The translations under genes were made by a program, and so were the position numbers. The notes under the pieces were generated by a model. It ran no database searches and was not told where the DNA came from. It saw nothing but the letters and a program-made list of their open reading frames with translations. This document shows, piece by piece, positions 12,499 through 25,559 of a DNA stretch of 64,000 nt. This DNA is from Macrostomum hystrix (lineage: Eukaryota > Animalia > Platyhelminthes), in assembly GCA_950097015.1 (NCBI GenBank), contig CATNEN010000024.1, positions 4,650,001 to 4,714,000 on the forward strand, in the 5' to 3' direction. The stretch's first letter is position 1. Each line of letters starts with the position of its first letter.

Positions 12499-13763
12499 TT
12501 AAACAGATCGTTCTCAAGAAAAACGCGAGCAAAAATGTAAAAAAGAAGGAATCTATTACTGCAAACAAAAATGTTTAGGAATTTTTAAACGAAAATGAAG
12601 AGGAGGACCGTGCGGAGGACTGTGGGGAATTTCGCCCTTGAATCGGAGACCGCTTTTTTAATAATTCCTCACGCGGCTCTGACTGCCGCCCGTCTCCTCG
12701 GGGGATTTCAGCTTCCGTGACGGCGCCGGACTCGACCAGCCAGCGGTTTCGTTTCGGACTGAGCGAGCAGCTTTTTTCCTAGAAATATTTATTAAAGCGC
12801 CACATTTGCCTACCCAGCGTGGCCCGAGTCCCGCCGAAATATTCTGCTTTCTTCTAGTCAAACGAAAACGATGGATGGCTGATAATCTATTTTAAGGAGC
12901 CGAGTAGAAACATTTCTGCCTCTAGGTTTCTACCCAGTGAAACACAGAGATCCATTGTCTTTGCTTACCCCTTGCGGTGCGTCCAGACGGTAGCTTTAGG
13001 ATTCGCTTTGTTGAGTTGCTGCAACGCTGTCCCCTAGAAACCAGTCGAGGTTGGGGTTAGAACCAGGGGTTTTATTTGAGATAGAAGACACGATGTGAGA
13101 TCTGGCTAGCTCTGTCCTGATATCAATAATATGCTAAACTTAGTCTAAACAAAAAGCTGAAGAAAATATGATTATTCACTGCAGAGGACAACGATCTAGC
13201 GGGGTTCGCTTGGACTGGGAGAGATTAATCAATGCGAGATGGTGGAGCTGGAAGGGACGAAGTTTCAGTACCGAACGAATGGAGGAAGGACCTACCGATT
13301 GAAGAGGAGAACTGAGAAGAGAAAAAAACGATTTTCCTACTTCTTACTTCTTCTTTCGCTTGAGCCTGCTGTGCTGTCTGTCCGGTCCTTGCCGCGCCTT
13401 TATCCCCTCCTAGCTAATGTTTGTAAGCTGCGCTGTGTGCTGACCCCCCGCCCCTCCTGAGCCTTTTCTATCTTCAAGCTGTGCTTTCTGTCCCTCTCAC
13501 CCAGTCTGCCACCGCCCTGCCTCGTTCTTGGCCCCAGCCCCCCAGACTCGGCGGTATAGCAGCAGCGGGATTGGGTCACGGGTGGAACTCGCGAGAGGTC
13601 GTCAAGAAGGAGAAAGAAGGATAGGGGAATGGATCCTATCCCCCCTTGTTCCACAGTCAGCCAATAAAGGTGGAGATTTTATTTAGAAAAGTTTTTCTAC
13701 TGTTAAACTTGTCATTGTGATTGATTCGTTTTGCCATTGTCCGGGTCTAGGACATTGGTAACG

Positions 13764-13812
13764 GAGTGCCAGATCGGTCTAAGCTCGATTCCTGAGCTCG
13801 ATTCCGCGGCGA
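13764..13812 (+). mobile_element. Degenerate SINE family A head abutting a minisatellite
   Basis: GAGTGCCAGATCGGTCTAA vs GAGTGGCAGAGCGGTCTAA, and CCTGAGCTCGATTCCGCGGCGA vs CCTGAGTTCGATTCCGCGGCGA. Confidence 0.6.
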
Positions 13813-15354
13813 ATTCTTAGAATTCGGGCTGATTCTTGCAATTCGGGCTGATTCTTCGAATTCAGGCTGATTCTTCGAATTCAGGCTGATTCTTCGAATT
13901 CAGGCTGATTCTTCGAATTCAGGCTGATTCTTCGAATTCAGGCTGATTCTTCGAATTCAGGCTGATTCTTCGAATTCAGGCTGATTCTTGAAATAGTGGC
14001 TGATTCTTGGAATATCGGCTGGTTCTTGAAATAGTGGCTGATTCTTGGAATTCGGGCTGATTCTTGGAATAGTGGCTGATTCTTGGAATAGTGGCTGATT
14101 CTTGGAATAGTGGCTGATTCTTGGAATTCGGGCTGATTCTTGGAATAGTGGCTAATTCTTGGAATTCGGGCTGATTCTTGGAATTCGGGCTGATTCTTGG
14201 AATAGTGGCTGATTCTTGGAATTCAGGGCTGATTCTTGGAATAGTGGCTAATTCTTGGAATAGTGGCTGATTCTTGGAATAGTGGCTGATTCTTAGAATA
14301 GTGGCTGATTCTTGGAATTCAGGGCTGATTCTTGGAATAGTGGCTGATTCTTGGAATAGTGGCTGATTCTTGGAATTCAGGGCTGATTCTTGGAATAGTG
14401 GCTAATTCTTGGAATAGTGGCTGATTCTTGGAATAGTGGCTGATTCTTGCAATTCGGGCTGATTCTTGGAATAGTGGCTGATTCTTGGAATTCAGGCTGA
14501 TTGTTGCAATAGTGGCTGATTCTTGGAATAGTGGCTGATTCTTGGAATAGTGGCTGATTCTTGGAATAGTGGCTGATTATTGGAATTGTGGCTGATTCTT
14601 GGAATAGTGGCTGATTCTTGGAATAGTGGCTGATTCTTAGAATTCAGGGCTGATTCTTGGAATAGTGCCTGATTCTTGGAATAGTGGCTGATTCTTGGAA
14701 TAGTGGCTGATTCTTAGAATTCAGGGCTGATTCTTGGAATAGTGGCTGATTCTTGGAATTCAGGCTGATTGTTGCAATAGTGGCTGATTCTTGGAATAGT
14801 GGCTGATTCTTGGAATAGTGGCTGATTCTTGGAATAGTGGCTGATTCTTGGAATAGTGGCTGATTCTTGGAATAGTGGCTGATTCTTAGAATTCAGGGCT
14901 GATTCTTGGAATAGTGGCTGATTCTTGGAATTCAGGCGGATTCTTGGAATAGTGGCTGATTCTTGGAATTCAGGGCTGATTCTTGGCATAGTGGCTGATT
15001 CTTGGAATTCAGGGCTGATTCTTGGAATTCAGGACTGATTCTTGGAATTCAGGGCTGATTCTTGGAATAGTAGCTGATTCTTGCAATTCGGGCTGATTCT
15101 TGCAATTCGGGCTGATTCTTGGAATAGTGGCTGATTCTTGGAATAGTGGCTGATTCTTAGAATTCAGGGCTGATTCTTGGAATAGTGGCTGATTCTTGCA
15201 ATTCGGGCTGATTCTTGGAATAGTGGCTGATTCTTGGAATAGTGGCTGATTCTTGGAATAGTGGCTGATTCTTGGAATTCAGGCTGATTGTTGGAATAGT
15301 GGCTGATTGTTGGAATAGGGGCTGATTCTTGGAATAGTTGCTGATTCTTGGAAT
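13812..15354. repeat. 19/20-bp minisatellite (GGAATAGTGGCTGATTCTT and GGAATTCAGGGCTGATTCTT variants)
   Basis: Direct reading. Confidence 0.95.
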
Positions 15355-16544
15355 GCGGTCTAATTCGTAGAATCTGAGAACTCGTCTTGTTTAAACAATT
15401 AGTCGAAAACGGTATTTTGACATTCATCGCGTTGACGTTACAAAGTCAAGGAATACGCGTTGTGCTCAAGAAAACAAGCATGGTACTAGATCCACAACAG
15501 GCCTATCTAATAAAGGTGACAGAACGAGTCGATGAATTTCAGATGAAGAGGCCCGGCTTAGCGAAGAGGAAAAAACCTGAGGACCCATAGATCGTTAATT
15601 ACTAGGCTTGATTATCTAACCTATTGCCTATGCAGGCCTATATAACAGGCACAGGGGTTGGGCCATCCAAGGATATACAATTACCTGATGGCGGACTCGT
15701 TGAAAATGTGCGCGCGCACACAAATTACAGGGGAGCCGATGTGGCTTCTCACTGCCCACGCGGCGGCATCGCGCGAAGACTAGATCTAGGTGGAGAATTG
15801 AAGAGAAGGAACGTGCTCTGCATTGCATAAATCCCTAAATGGGATAAACGCGCGCACACAAACACACACGCACGCACTCACGCACACTCGTGAGAAAAAG
15901 CTTAAAGGAAATCGAAAACATGAAAACAAAACGGTCGAGTCTATAGCGACCGCATGTGATGGGCGGGGTTGAGACAAGCATCTGGAATTGAGTTTATAAT
16001 ATCAAATCGTACATTAATCTGCATCCAGTTTTATCGATAACTAGAGATATGAAAGCACGCGAATAAATGCAATGCCTAAATTGGCACTAAAAAGTCTCTC
16101 TCGTTTAATTAGCCACTTTTATATACATAAAGAGAGAAGAGAATCTTGGTGTTGAAGCTATACCGTCGAAGACCTCGACAGATCGACACTTTGCCGACTG
16201 CTCATCGCACCTGAGACCAACTACTTGAATTGCTGGATGAGTAGCCGTCCTCTGTTCTTAAAGAGGATCTGCCCGCATCAGCAACATCCTCTTTTTTACC
16301 TTCCTGCAGCTCAGGTGGCTGTAGCCACCGGATGAGCTCAATTCTGAGCAATTTGCCAGGACACTGGCAATAAATGTGTGGCTTGAGCCCTGAGCAGAGG
16401 TTGCTGCGATTTTCCTAACAATTCTCGGCTACAGCGAAACACAGCAACACCTCGGGTAGGGAGATACTTAATGCTGTGTTGCGAAACTTAATTTTACAAA
16501 TCTCACCTTTAATGTAAGTAAAAATGTTCGCATGTCATCGAAAT

Positions 16545-17241
16545 TTGAACTCGAAGAATCTGGGAACTCGTAGAATCTGGGAACTCGTAGAATCTGGAAA
16601 CTCGTAGAATCTGGGAACTCGTAGAATCTGGGAACTCGTAGAATCTGGGAACTCGTAGAATCTGGGAACTCTTAGAATCTGGGAACTCTTAGAATCTGGG
16701 AACTCGAAGAATCTGGGAACTCGTACAATCTGGGAACTCGTAGAATCTGGGAACTCGTACAATCTGGGAACTCGTAGAATCTGGGAACTCGTAGAATCTG
16801 GGAACTCGTAGAATCTGGGAACTCGTACAATCTGGGAACTCGTAGAATCTGGGAACTCGTAGAATCTGGGAACTCGTAGAATCTGGGAACTCGTAGAATC
16901 TGGGAACTCGTAGAATCTGGGAACTCGTAGAATCTGGGAACTCGTAGAATCTGGGAACTCGTAGAATCTGGGAACTCGTAGAATCTGGGAACTCGTAGAA
17001 TCTGGGAACTCGTAGAATCTGGGAACTCGTAGAATCTGGGAACTCGTAGAATCTGGGAACTCGTAGAATCTGGGAACTCGTAGAATCTGGGAACTCGTAG
17101 AATCTGGGAACTCGTAGAATCTGGGAACTCGTAGAATCTGGGAACTCGTAGAATCTGGGAACTCGTAGAATCTGGGAACTCGTAGAATCTGGGAACTCGT
17201 AGAATCTGGGAACTCGTAGAATCTGGGAACTCGTACAATCT
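16545..17241. repeat. 17-bp minisatellite (TCTGGGAACTCGTAGAA)n, about 40 units
   Basis: Direct reading; 17-aa period in translation. Confidence 0.95.
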
Positions 17242-17879
17242 AGGCTATATTTGGGATCAAGCAAAGTCTTTCTTTTGTTTGTTGAATCTAGGAGGTTAGT
17301 AGTCATAAGCGTTAGCTTCTGTCCACGGAGGGTTTCAGCGGAACATGGGTGGAAGTTTTTCGGAGCCTTACCACCCCAGCCGTAGAACATTAGCTCCTAG
17401 ATCGCATTTCGCCAAGAACCTGCATCGTGTTCCAGCACCTTGCAGCGCGCACGCACACACAACACACTATGCGACTTCTCTTTTACTTATTTGGTAAAAA
17501 TGGGTGAGAAAAAACTTGAAACATTTCAACCGTAGGACGAAAAGAAATGGCCTTGGCTGAGGCGGTGGGGGGTCCCGAGGCCTTGTGGCGCTGACTTACT
17601 GAAAATTGACAGCCCTGCCCCACCGCCCTCACAGAACTGCCAGCTCTCCAAGCTTTCTGGGAAATGTGATTCCACTTAACATACTCGAACGGCCAACCCT
17701 AAACCTGCCCCGCCTTCGCTGCGTGCTGAAACACAATGCTCTGGGATCTGTCCTAAGACTGCGATTGTTTCGTTCTGCATTAATTTTCGATGCTTAAAAT
17801 TTTAGCAGTACCGGATGGTCTTTGTACAGGATCCTAGTAATCGCAAAATATTTTAATGATTATAACCGGGCCAGATGTG

Positions 17880-18060
17880 CAGCCGTTGTACGGCTTTCCA
17901 GTCCATGGACTGGTGGGATGTCTCACACCCAACCCTCAATTACCCTGCTGATTCAGGTAACCCATTTAACAGCTTGGTGAAATTGAATCAATGCAGACTT
18001 AAGTGACTTACTAAAGAGTCCGGAAGCGAACCCTTGACCTTCAAGTCGACCTTCACACCT
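17880..18060 (-). mobile_element. CORE-type tRNA-derived SINE, degenerate
   Basis: Minus strand: B-box GGTTCGCTTCC, CORE-like TCTTTAGTAAGTCACTTAA...CACCAAGCTGTTAAATGGGTTACC, tail CCAGTCCATGGACTGG. Confidence 0.6.
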
Positions 18061-18071
18061 CAAGCTAGTAT

Positions 18072-20856
18072 GATACTACTGTATATATTAAGGTGTGAGA
18101 TGCAGGGAGTCTGATACTATATATTAAGGTGTGAGATGCAGGCAGTCTGATACTATATATTAAGGTGTGAGATGCAGACAGTCTGATACTATATATTAAG
18201 GTGTGAGATGCAGGGAGTCTGTTACTATATATTAAGGTGTGAGATGCAGGGAGTCTGTTACTATATATTAAAGTGTGAGATGCAGGGAGTCTGATACTAT
18301 ATATTAAGGTGTGAGATGCAGGCAGTCTGATACTATATATTAAGGTGTGAGATGCAGGCAGTCTGATACTATATATTAAGGTGTGAGATGCAGACAGTCT
18401 GATACTATATATTAAGGTGTGAGATGCAGGGAGTCTGTTACTATATATTAAGGTGTGAGATGCAGGGAGTCTGATACTATATATTAAGGTGTGAGATGCA
18501 GGGAGTCTGATACTATATATTATGGTGTGAGATGCAGGGAGTCTGATACTATATATTAAGGTGTGAGATGCAGGGAGTCTGATACTATATATTAAGGTGT
18601 GAGATGCAGGGAGTCTGGTACTATATAATAAGGTGTGAGATGCAGGCAGTCTGATACTATATATTAAGGTGTGAGATGCAGGCAGTCTGATACTATATAT
18701 TAAGGTGTGAGATGCAGGCAGTCTGATACTATATATTAAGGTGTGAGATGCAGGGAGTCTGTTACTATATATTAAGGTGTGAGATGCAGGCAGTCTGATA
18801 CTATATATTAAGGTGTGAGATGCAGGGAGTCTGTTACTATATATTAAGGTGTGAGATGCAGGCAGTCTGATACTATATATTAAGGTGTGAGATGCAGGGA
18901 GTCCGATACTATATATTAAGGTGTGAGATGCAGGCAGTCTGATACTATATATTAAGGTGTGAGATGCAGGGAGTCTGATACTATATATTAAGGTGTGAGA
19001 TGCAGGCAGTCTGATACTATATATTAAGGTGTGAGATGTAGGCAGTCTGATACTATATAATAAGGTGTGAGATGCAGGGAGTCTGTTACTATATATTAAG
19101 GTGTGAGATGCAGGGAGTCTGATACTATATATTAAGGTGTGAGATGCAGGGAGTCTGATACTATATATTAAGGTGTGAGATGCAGGGAGTCTGTTACTAT
19201 ATATTAAGGTGTGAGATGCAGGGAGTCTGATACTATATATTAAGGTGTGAGATGCAGGCAGTCTGATACTATATATTAAGGTGTGAGATGCAGGCAGTCT
19301 GATACTATATATTAAGGTGTGAGATGCAGGGAGTCTGATACTATATATTAAGGTGTGAGATGCAGGCAGTCTGATACTATATATTAAGGTGTGAGATGCA
19401 GGCAGTCTGTTACTATATATTAAGGTGTGAGATGCAGGGAGTCTGATACTATATAATAAGGTGTGAGATGCAGGCAGTCAGATACTATATATTAAGGTGT
19501 GAGATGCAGGGAGTCTGTTACTATATATTTTGGTGTGAGATGCAGGGAGTCTGTTACTATATATTAAGGTGTGAGATGCAGGGAGTCTGTTACTATATAT
19601 TAAGGTGTGAGATGCAGGGAGTCTGTTACTATATATTAAGGTGTGAGATGCAGGCAGTCTGATACTATATATTAAGGTGTGAGATGCAGGGAGTCCGATA
19701 CTATATATTAAGGTGTGAGATGCAGGGAGTCTGTTACTATATATTAAGGTGTGAGATACAGGCAGTCTGATACTATATATTAAGGTGTGAGATGCTGGGA
19801 GTCTGTTACTATATATTAAGGTGTGAGATGCAGGCAGTCTGATACTATATATTAAGGTGTGAGATGCAGGCAGTCTGATACTATATATTAAGGTGTGAGA
19901 TGCAGGGAGTCTGTTACTATATATTAAGGTGTGAGATGCAGGGAGTCTGTTACTATATATTAAGGTGTGAGATGCAGGGAGTCTGTTACTATATATTAAG
20001 GTGTGAGATGCAGGGAGTCTGTTACTATATATTAAGGTGTGAGATGCAGGGAGTCTGTTACTATATATTAAGGTGTGAGATGCAGGGAGTCTGTTACTAT
20101 ATATTAAGGTGTGAGATGCAGGGAGTCTGTTACTATATATTAAGGTGTGAGATGCAGGGAGTCTGTTACTATATATTAAGGTGTGAGATGCAGGCAGTCT
20201 GATACTATATATTAAGGTGTGAGATGCTGGGAGTCTGTTACTATATATTAAGGTGTGAGATGCAGGGAGTCTGTTACTATATATTAAGGTGTGAGATGCA
20301 GGGAGTCTGTTACTATATATTAAGGTGTGAGATGCAGGGAGTCTGTTACTATATATTAAGGTGTGAGATGCAGGGAGTCTGTTACTATATATTAAGGTGT
20401 GAGATGCAGGGAGTCTGTTACTATATATTAAGGTGTGAGATGCAGGGAGTCTGTTACTATATATTAAGGTGTGAGATGCAGGGAGTCTGTTACTATATAT
20501 TAAGGTGTGAGATGCAGGGAGTCTGTTACTATATATTAAGGTGTGAGATGCAGGCAGTCTGATACTATATATTAAGGTGTGAGATGCAGGCAGTCTGATA
20601 CTATATATTAAGGTGTGAGATGCAGGCAGTCTGATACTATATATTAAGGTGTGAGATGCAGGCAATCTGATACTATATATTAAGGTGTGAGATGCAGGGA
20701 GTCTGTTACTATATATTAAGGTGTGAGATGCAGGCAGTCTGATACTATATATTAAGGTGTGAGATGCAGGGAGTCTGTTACTATATATTAAGGTGTGAGA
20801 TGCAGGGAGTCTGATACTATATATTAAGGTGTGAGATGCAGGGAGTCTGTTACTAT
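18072..20856. repeat. 36-bp minisatellite (GATACTATATATTAAGGTGTGAGATGCAGGGAGTCT)n, about 77 units
   Basis: Direct reading; head-to-tail with no spacers. Confidence 0.97.
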
Positions 20857-21279
20857 GCACTGAGGTACCCAACAATTTTATTTTCTTTACCAGGTCTGAC
20901 GCAGAAAACACCCCTCCTGCAAAGCAAATTTGTCTCATATTTAGTGCTTTCTAATCCCGAAAATTGCTCAATGCAACGGTAAATTGGCAATTTTCGTTTC
21001 GTCCAACGCCCCCACATTTAGGTCTTCGAAGATGGGTTCTCGCTAATCCACGGCTCTTCGGAGCCGTTTTCTATCGCAATCAAGACCGATTAGCAACTGC
21101 GCAATTGGTTGCGCCATTTTTCTTCGACTCAAAGTCTCACTGGCTCTGGAGATTCTGATCGGGATTTTTTTCTCCTGCTTGTTCTTTTTTGGGGAGAAAA
21201 TATTGCGTCGATTTCGTTTGATTTGGTGAAAGTAACTAAATTTGTTTATGGTTTCATGCTTACAAAAGCGAAAATCGGG

Positions 21280-21550
21280 TTGGGGAAGTTTCGAGTTTGA
21301 GAAGTTTCAGGTTTAGGAATTTTCAGATTTGGGAAGTTTCAGATTTGGGAAGTTTTGAGTTTGGGAAGATTCGAGTTTGGGAAGTTTCTGATTTGGGAAG
21401 TTTCGAGTTTGGGAAATTTAGAGTTGAAAGAAGTTTCGAGTTTCGGATGTTTCAGATTTGGGAAGTTTCAGGTTGTGGAAGTTTTGGGTTTGGGAAGATT
21501 CGGGTTTGGGAAGATTCGGGTTTGTGAGTTTCGGGTTTGTGAGTTTCGAA
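21280..21550. repeat. Degenerate 16-17 bp minisatellite (TTTGGGAAGTTTCGAG-like)
   Basis: Direct reading. Confidence 0.8.
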
Positions 21551-23400
21551 TTTAGTTAGTTTTGGTTTTTTAAGCTGTTGGTTTCGAGTTTGTGTGAGGT
21601 ATCTGACATGGAATGTACTCGTACGAGTATAGATCATGAGGGTTTCACAGAATAAGCAATTCAGAATTTTCTTTAAGCTAAACAGAACACCCAATAAGGC
21701 TTATCCAGGACGTATGGCAGTGTGATCTGTATGAAATTCCAGTTTTCATCCGAAGATTTAAAGAAAAACTATCCTTCGCTTCTTGAAGTTGAGAATCTTC
21801 TTCAGTGTCCAAGCCGCGCCTAAGCTTGGAGTTATTTATCTTTCCTCCTCTGGGATTAACTCTCTCTCTCTCTCTCGTTTCTTAGAATTTCAGCGAGGTG
21901 CGAGGATAATATAGGGAATTTGGGGTACGGAGTTTCGGGATCCCTAACACCGATAGGAGGCGAAGAATAGCCGACTGAGGATTAAAGATCTGCGCCTAGT
22001 CTGATTTTTGCTCACCTCAAACACCCCACGCCACTCAAATCCTTCTGAGCAAGTCAGTCCCGGCCGTGAGCTCTTCCCCGGGCAAAGAAATGACCAAAAC
22101 CGAAGGGATCTAGAGTTGGGAATTAGCAGCTCCAGGCTGGACTGCCAGGCAGCTCAAGACCGCCCCCTATAATACGTTAGACGATTTTTCAATCCTCAGT
22201 TTTTCTGAAGCTCCCCCAGCCCACCTATACACTTCTGCTCTTATCCCGATCCCCTTCGAAATCCCACTCCTTTCCCAATAGTTGGCCCGGGAAACTTTCT
22301 GAATTATCTGCATCGTACCTAATATTGGACAGCAAAGCATTTCTAACAAAGTGTTTAATTTAAAGAGTTAAGATTCTTTTCAGCTGAAATTTTACCACTC
22401 GATTTAAATTGCCAGTTGTGGCAGAAATTTCACAGATGAATCTGTCAGATTGGGAAATTAAATGCAGTTTCAGATTTTCTACCAACGAACTATTTTCCAT
22501 GTCATCTTTGTTGTCTCAAACAGACGAGAGTCTTTTAATTGAGTGTCACTTTCCGGATGTTGCTGCAACAGACATTGGCCCGCAGTTTAACTAATATTAT
22601 AATAGCTTGGCGAGCTTGAAAATGAAGGCGACACAAACAGGGGACGCGAAAGACTGAGTAGGCAGTACGGACCGTCTATCGTCTCAATTTTCTCTCTGTC
22701 TCTCTCTCTCTACCTCTCCAACCCTCTCTCCAGCGCCTCTCGCCCCCCAAAATCCGTTGTTTGCTGAACTCCTTCGCTTAGTGGGGATTAGACTGTGCAA
22801 ATATCCCCCCGCTGGCTCCCTTGAATGGCCCCACTGGGTCTATACAGTGCTTGCTTGTCCATGATTATTTCACTACTACTTACTATAAACTTATGGTACT
22901 AATTTTTGCCTTCCTCATTTGCTTCTATAGGTTGCGGCATTTCGTTCAAGTTCTTCAAGCGCCTCGCTAAATACCATGTACCAACTTATTATTGCTGCTG
23001 CTGCTGCTGCTGCTGCACCTCCCATTTGCTCTGTACCTTCTTCCCCATTCCTTCTCTTTGCCCCAACAAAGCTCCACCCAATGCAGTCCGGACCCTGAAA
23101 ACTGCATTGCGAGTAGAACTGAAAGCTTGCGATGTGACTCACTTGTTTCCAACACACATCCCCCCCTCCTCAATAGCAAGCTGTGTCTTTTGTAATTCGA
23201 AATTCAATTCCAGCATAGCTCGTATTAATGTCATATTAACTCTCAGCATTGCATAGCATATGGACGCACGCAGGCACAAGCTAAGCTATATTGAATCGTT
23301 AGTGTTAAACGATTAACACTATTGGAACTAGTGTTATTAACACTATTGGACTATTGGAACGATTAACACTATTGGAACGATAAATTCCAATTTATCGTTA

Positions 23401-23637
23401 TGGAATTCGACCATAGACAACAGCAGAGGGCTGGCTGCCGTTAGTTTCAACCTCGTTTCAACACGCGTAGGCTAACTACAATACCTGTTATTTTTGCTGC
23501 ATTTAAATACGCTGTTTAGTTCCGTTTAGTCTATGGTTCAAACTGCCTTCATTTCGGGACCATCAAATCATTTGATGGTCTTCATTTTGTAGCCCATTCA
23601 TTTTGTAGCCTCTGCTGTTGTCTATGGTCGAATTCCA
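23401..23637. mobile_element. MITE, 237 bp, 29-bp perfect TIRs, TA on both sides (Tc1/mariner-type signature)
   Basis: TGGAATTCGACCATAGACAACAGCAGAGG at 23401-23429, exact reverse complement at 23609-23637; TA at 23399-23400 and 23638-23639. Confidence 0.85.
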
Positions 23638-23860
23638 TATATATGCACAGCGGGCGGGTCGTGAAACGCGTTTCAGCCTCGTTTTAACATGCGTAGGCTA
23701 ACTACAATATGGATAGGCTGCTCGGGCAGCCCCCTGCAGCCTATCAATATTGGTATATTCTATGGTAACTATCATGAGATGTAATAAGTAAAGCAAAATT
23801 TAATTATCTTCGATATTGCTCACAAGAGAAAGATCTAATATATAATATTTCTAAACCAGT

Positions 23861-24124
23861 ATGTCCAAATTGCTAATTCCGGTTCTGTCACTTTTGCTAC
23901 CACTGCTGATTGTTGAGACCATGGCGTGCAGCCGGAATGTTTTTCACAGCGATAGCGACACCTACATTGTGCTGCCGAGATCGCGTTTGCGCGCCAGTGC
24001 TGTTCAAGATAAGGGTAACATGCAGATCCTCACACTATTGCTTATCATACTGGGTGCCTTGCCGTTCATCCTGACTGCAACTATTTACTATGAGATGCTA
24101 CAATCGACGCCTAGATTTCTGTAG
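23861..24124 (+). CDS. Putative 87-aa single-pass membrane microprotein
   Basis: Hydrophobic N-terminus MSKLLIPVLSLLLPLLIVETMA (signal-peptide-like) and C-terminal hydrophobic helix QILTLLLIILGALPFILTATIYY; no homology recognised. Confidence 0.45.
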   Translation: MSKLLIPVLSLLLPLLIVETMACSRNVFHSDSDTYIVLPRSRLRASAVQDKGNMQILTLLLIILGALPFILTATIYYEMLQSTPRFL

Positions 24125-24237
24125 TTCGGTGCATCTATGTAGCCTGGGACTTCATAGTACAGTACAGGCGATTGGGCAGTAACAAAGCCGCTATTGTTGT
24201 AGCCCGATGACGGACAGCTGATGTTGGATAGTATCTG

Positions 24238-24741
24238 AGCTGCTGAAGTACAGGTAGATGGTAGGTAGAAGTAGACTGCTGAAGTACAGGTAGATGGTAG
24301 GTAGAAGTAGACTGCTGAAGTACAGGTAGATGGTAGGTAGAAGTAGACTGCTGAAGTACAGGTAGATGGTAGGTAGAAGTAGACTGCTGAAGTACAGGTA
24401 GATAGTAGGTAGAAGTAGACTGCTGAAGTACAGGTAGATGGTAGGTAGAAGTAGACTGCTGAAGTACAGGTAGATGGTAGGTAGAAGTAGACTGCTGAAG
24501 TACAGGTAGATGGTAGGTAGAAGTAGACTGTTGAAGTACAGGTAGATGGTAGGTAGAAGTAGACTGTTGAAGTACAGGTAGATGGTAGGTAGAAGTAGAC
24601 TGCTGAAGTACAGGTAGATGGTAGGTAGAAGTAGACTGTTGAAGTACAGGTAGATGGTAGGTAGAAGTAGACTGCTGAAGTACAGGTAGATGGTAGGTAG
24701 AAGTAGACTGCTGAAGTACAGGTAGATGGTAGGTAGAAGTA
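24238..24741. repeat. 36-bp minisatellite (CTGCTGAAGTACAGGTAGATGGTAGGTAGAAGTAGA)n, about 14 units
   Basis: Direct reading. Confidence 0.95.
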
Positions 24742-25559
24742 CGAGCGTATGGACTGGTGATGTAGTAACTGATTGTATTATGGTAAGGGTATATGTTGAC
24801 TATACACAATATACTGCAAAATGCATTACCCGCGACACAACTATTGGTTAATTAATAATTGTTACAGGGCCAGTACAACGTTTCACAAGTTTTTTGTTTT
24901 CAACATTATATGCGTTGCTTGTTGCTTGTCTGTGATTCTGCACGAAGTATCAGAAATGAAGCTTCAAGTAAAAATGAAATGGTCGCGTGCTAGTACACAT
25001 GTTACTACTTAACAAAGTACGTACTTCGGTCTCATGCTTATGAAAAATGTTTTTTTTTATAAAAGAATAGCGTTGACGGCTATATATTGTAGGAAAATTG
25101 TGTCGCTGAAATGATGAATAAGGCAGGGAGAAAATTAAAAAAATATGCCCAAGGTATAGGAAATATTTGTCGATACTAAGATAAATATCAGATATATTAA
25201 TTTTGTCTTTTTATGACTTAAAATATGATTTGTGTTTGTATTTCTAGTAAAAATTTTACAAGAGCACTCGAGCTAAATATTGTACGAGCTAGTTTGTAAT
25301 CAGGGAATGGTCTCATAAAATTTAGCAGATTTAGGATTTTCACTCTCAGCTGAATGGACTTATGAGGTACTCAGATTTTGAGAAGAAAATAGCTGGGTCC
25401 TCGTCTACGGCTGGGTCGACAGCTGCGGCTGCGGCAGAGGCCGTTGGTAGATCCTGCTGATCGACAACTCGACCGATGCCTGGCGCGGCAGTGTCGGCGG
25501 CGTCAACTGATCCCGCGTTGGCTGTAGAATTTCTGCGGCCGACAAAGTAAACAGCAATG

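Noticed and set aside
10244-12568. Long ORFs of 700-774 aa (and similar ones at 579-2642, 16535-17390, 19478-20938, 24135-24809, 37510-38727, 53261-53737)
   Set aside because: They are translations of minisatellites lacking stops in several frames at once, mostly intronic, with no non-repetitive domain.
15387-15830. Two short plus-strand ORFs between arrays
   Set aside because: Under 70 aa each with no identifiable homology or supported exon structure.
18072-20856. CRISPR array (36-bp repeats here and at 24238-24741)
   Set aside because: Units are head-to-tail with no unique spacers, there are no cas genes, and the context is eukaryotic.
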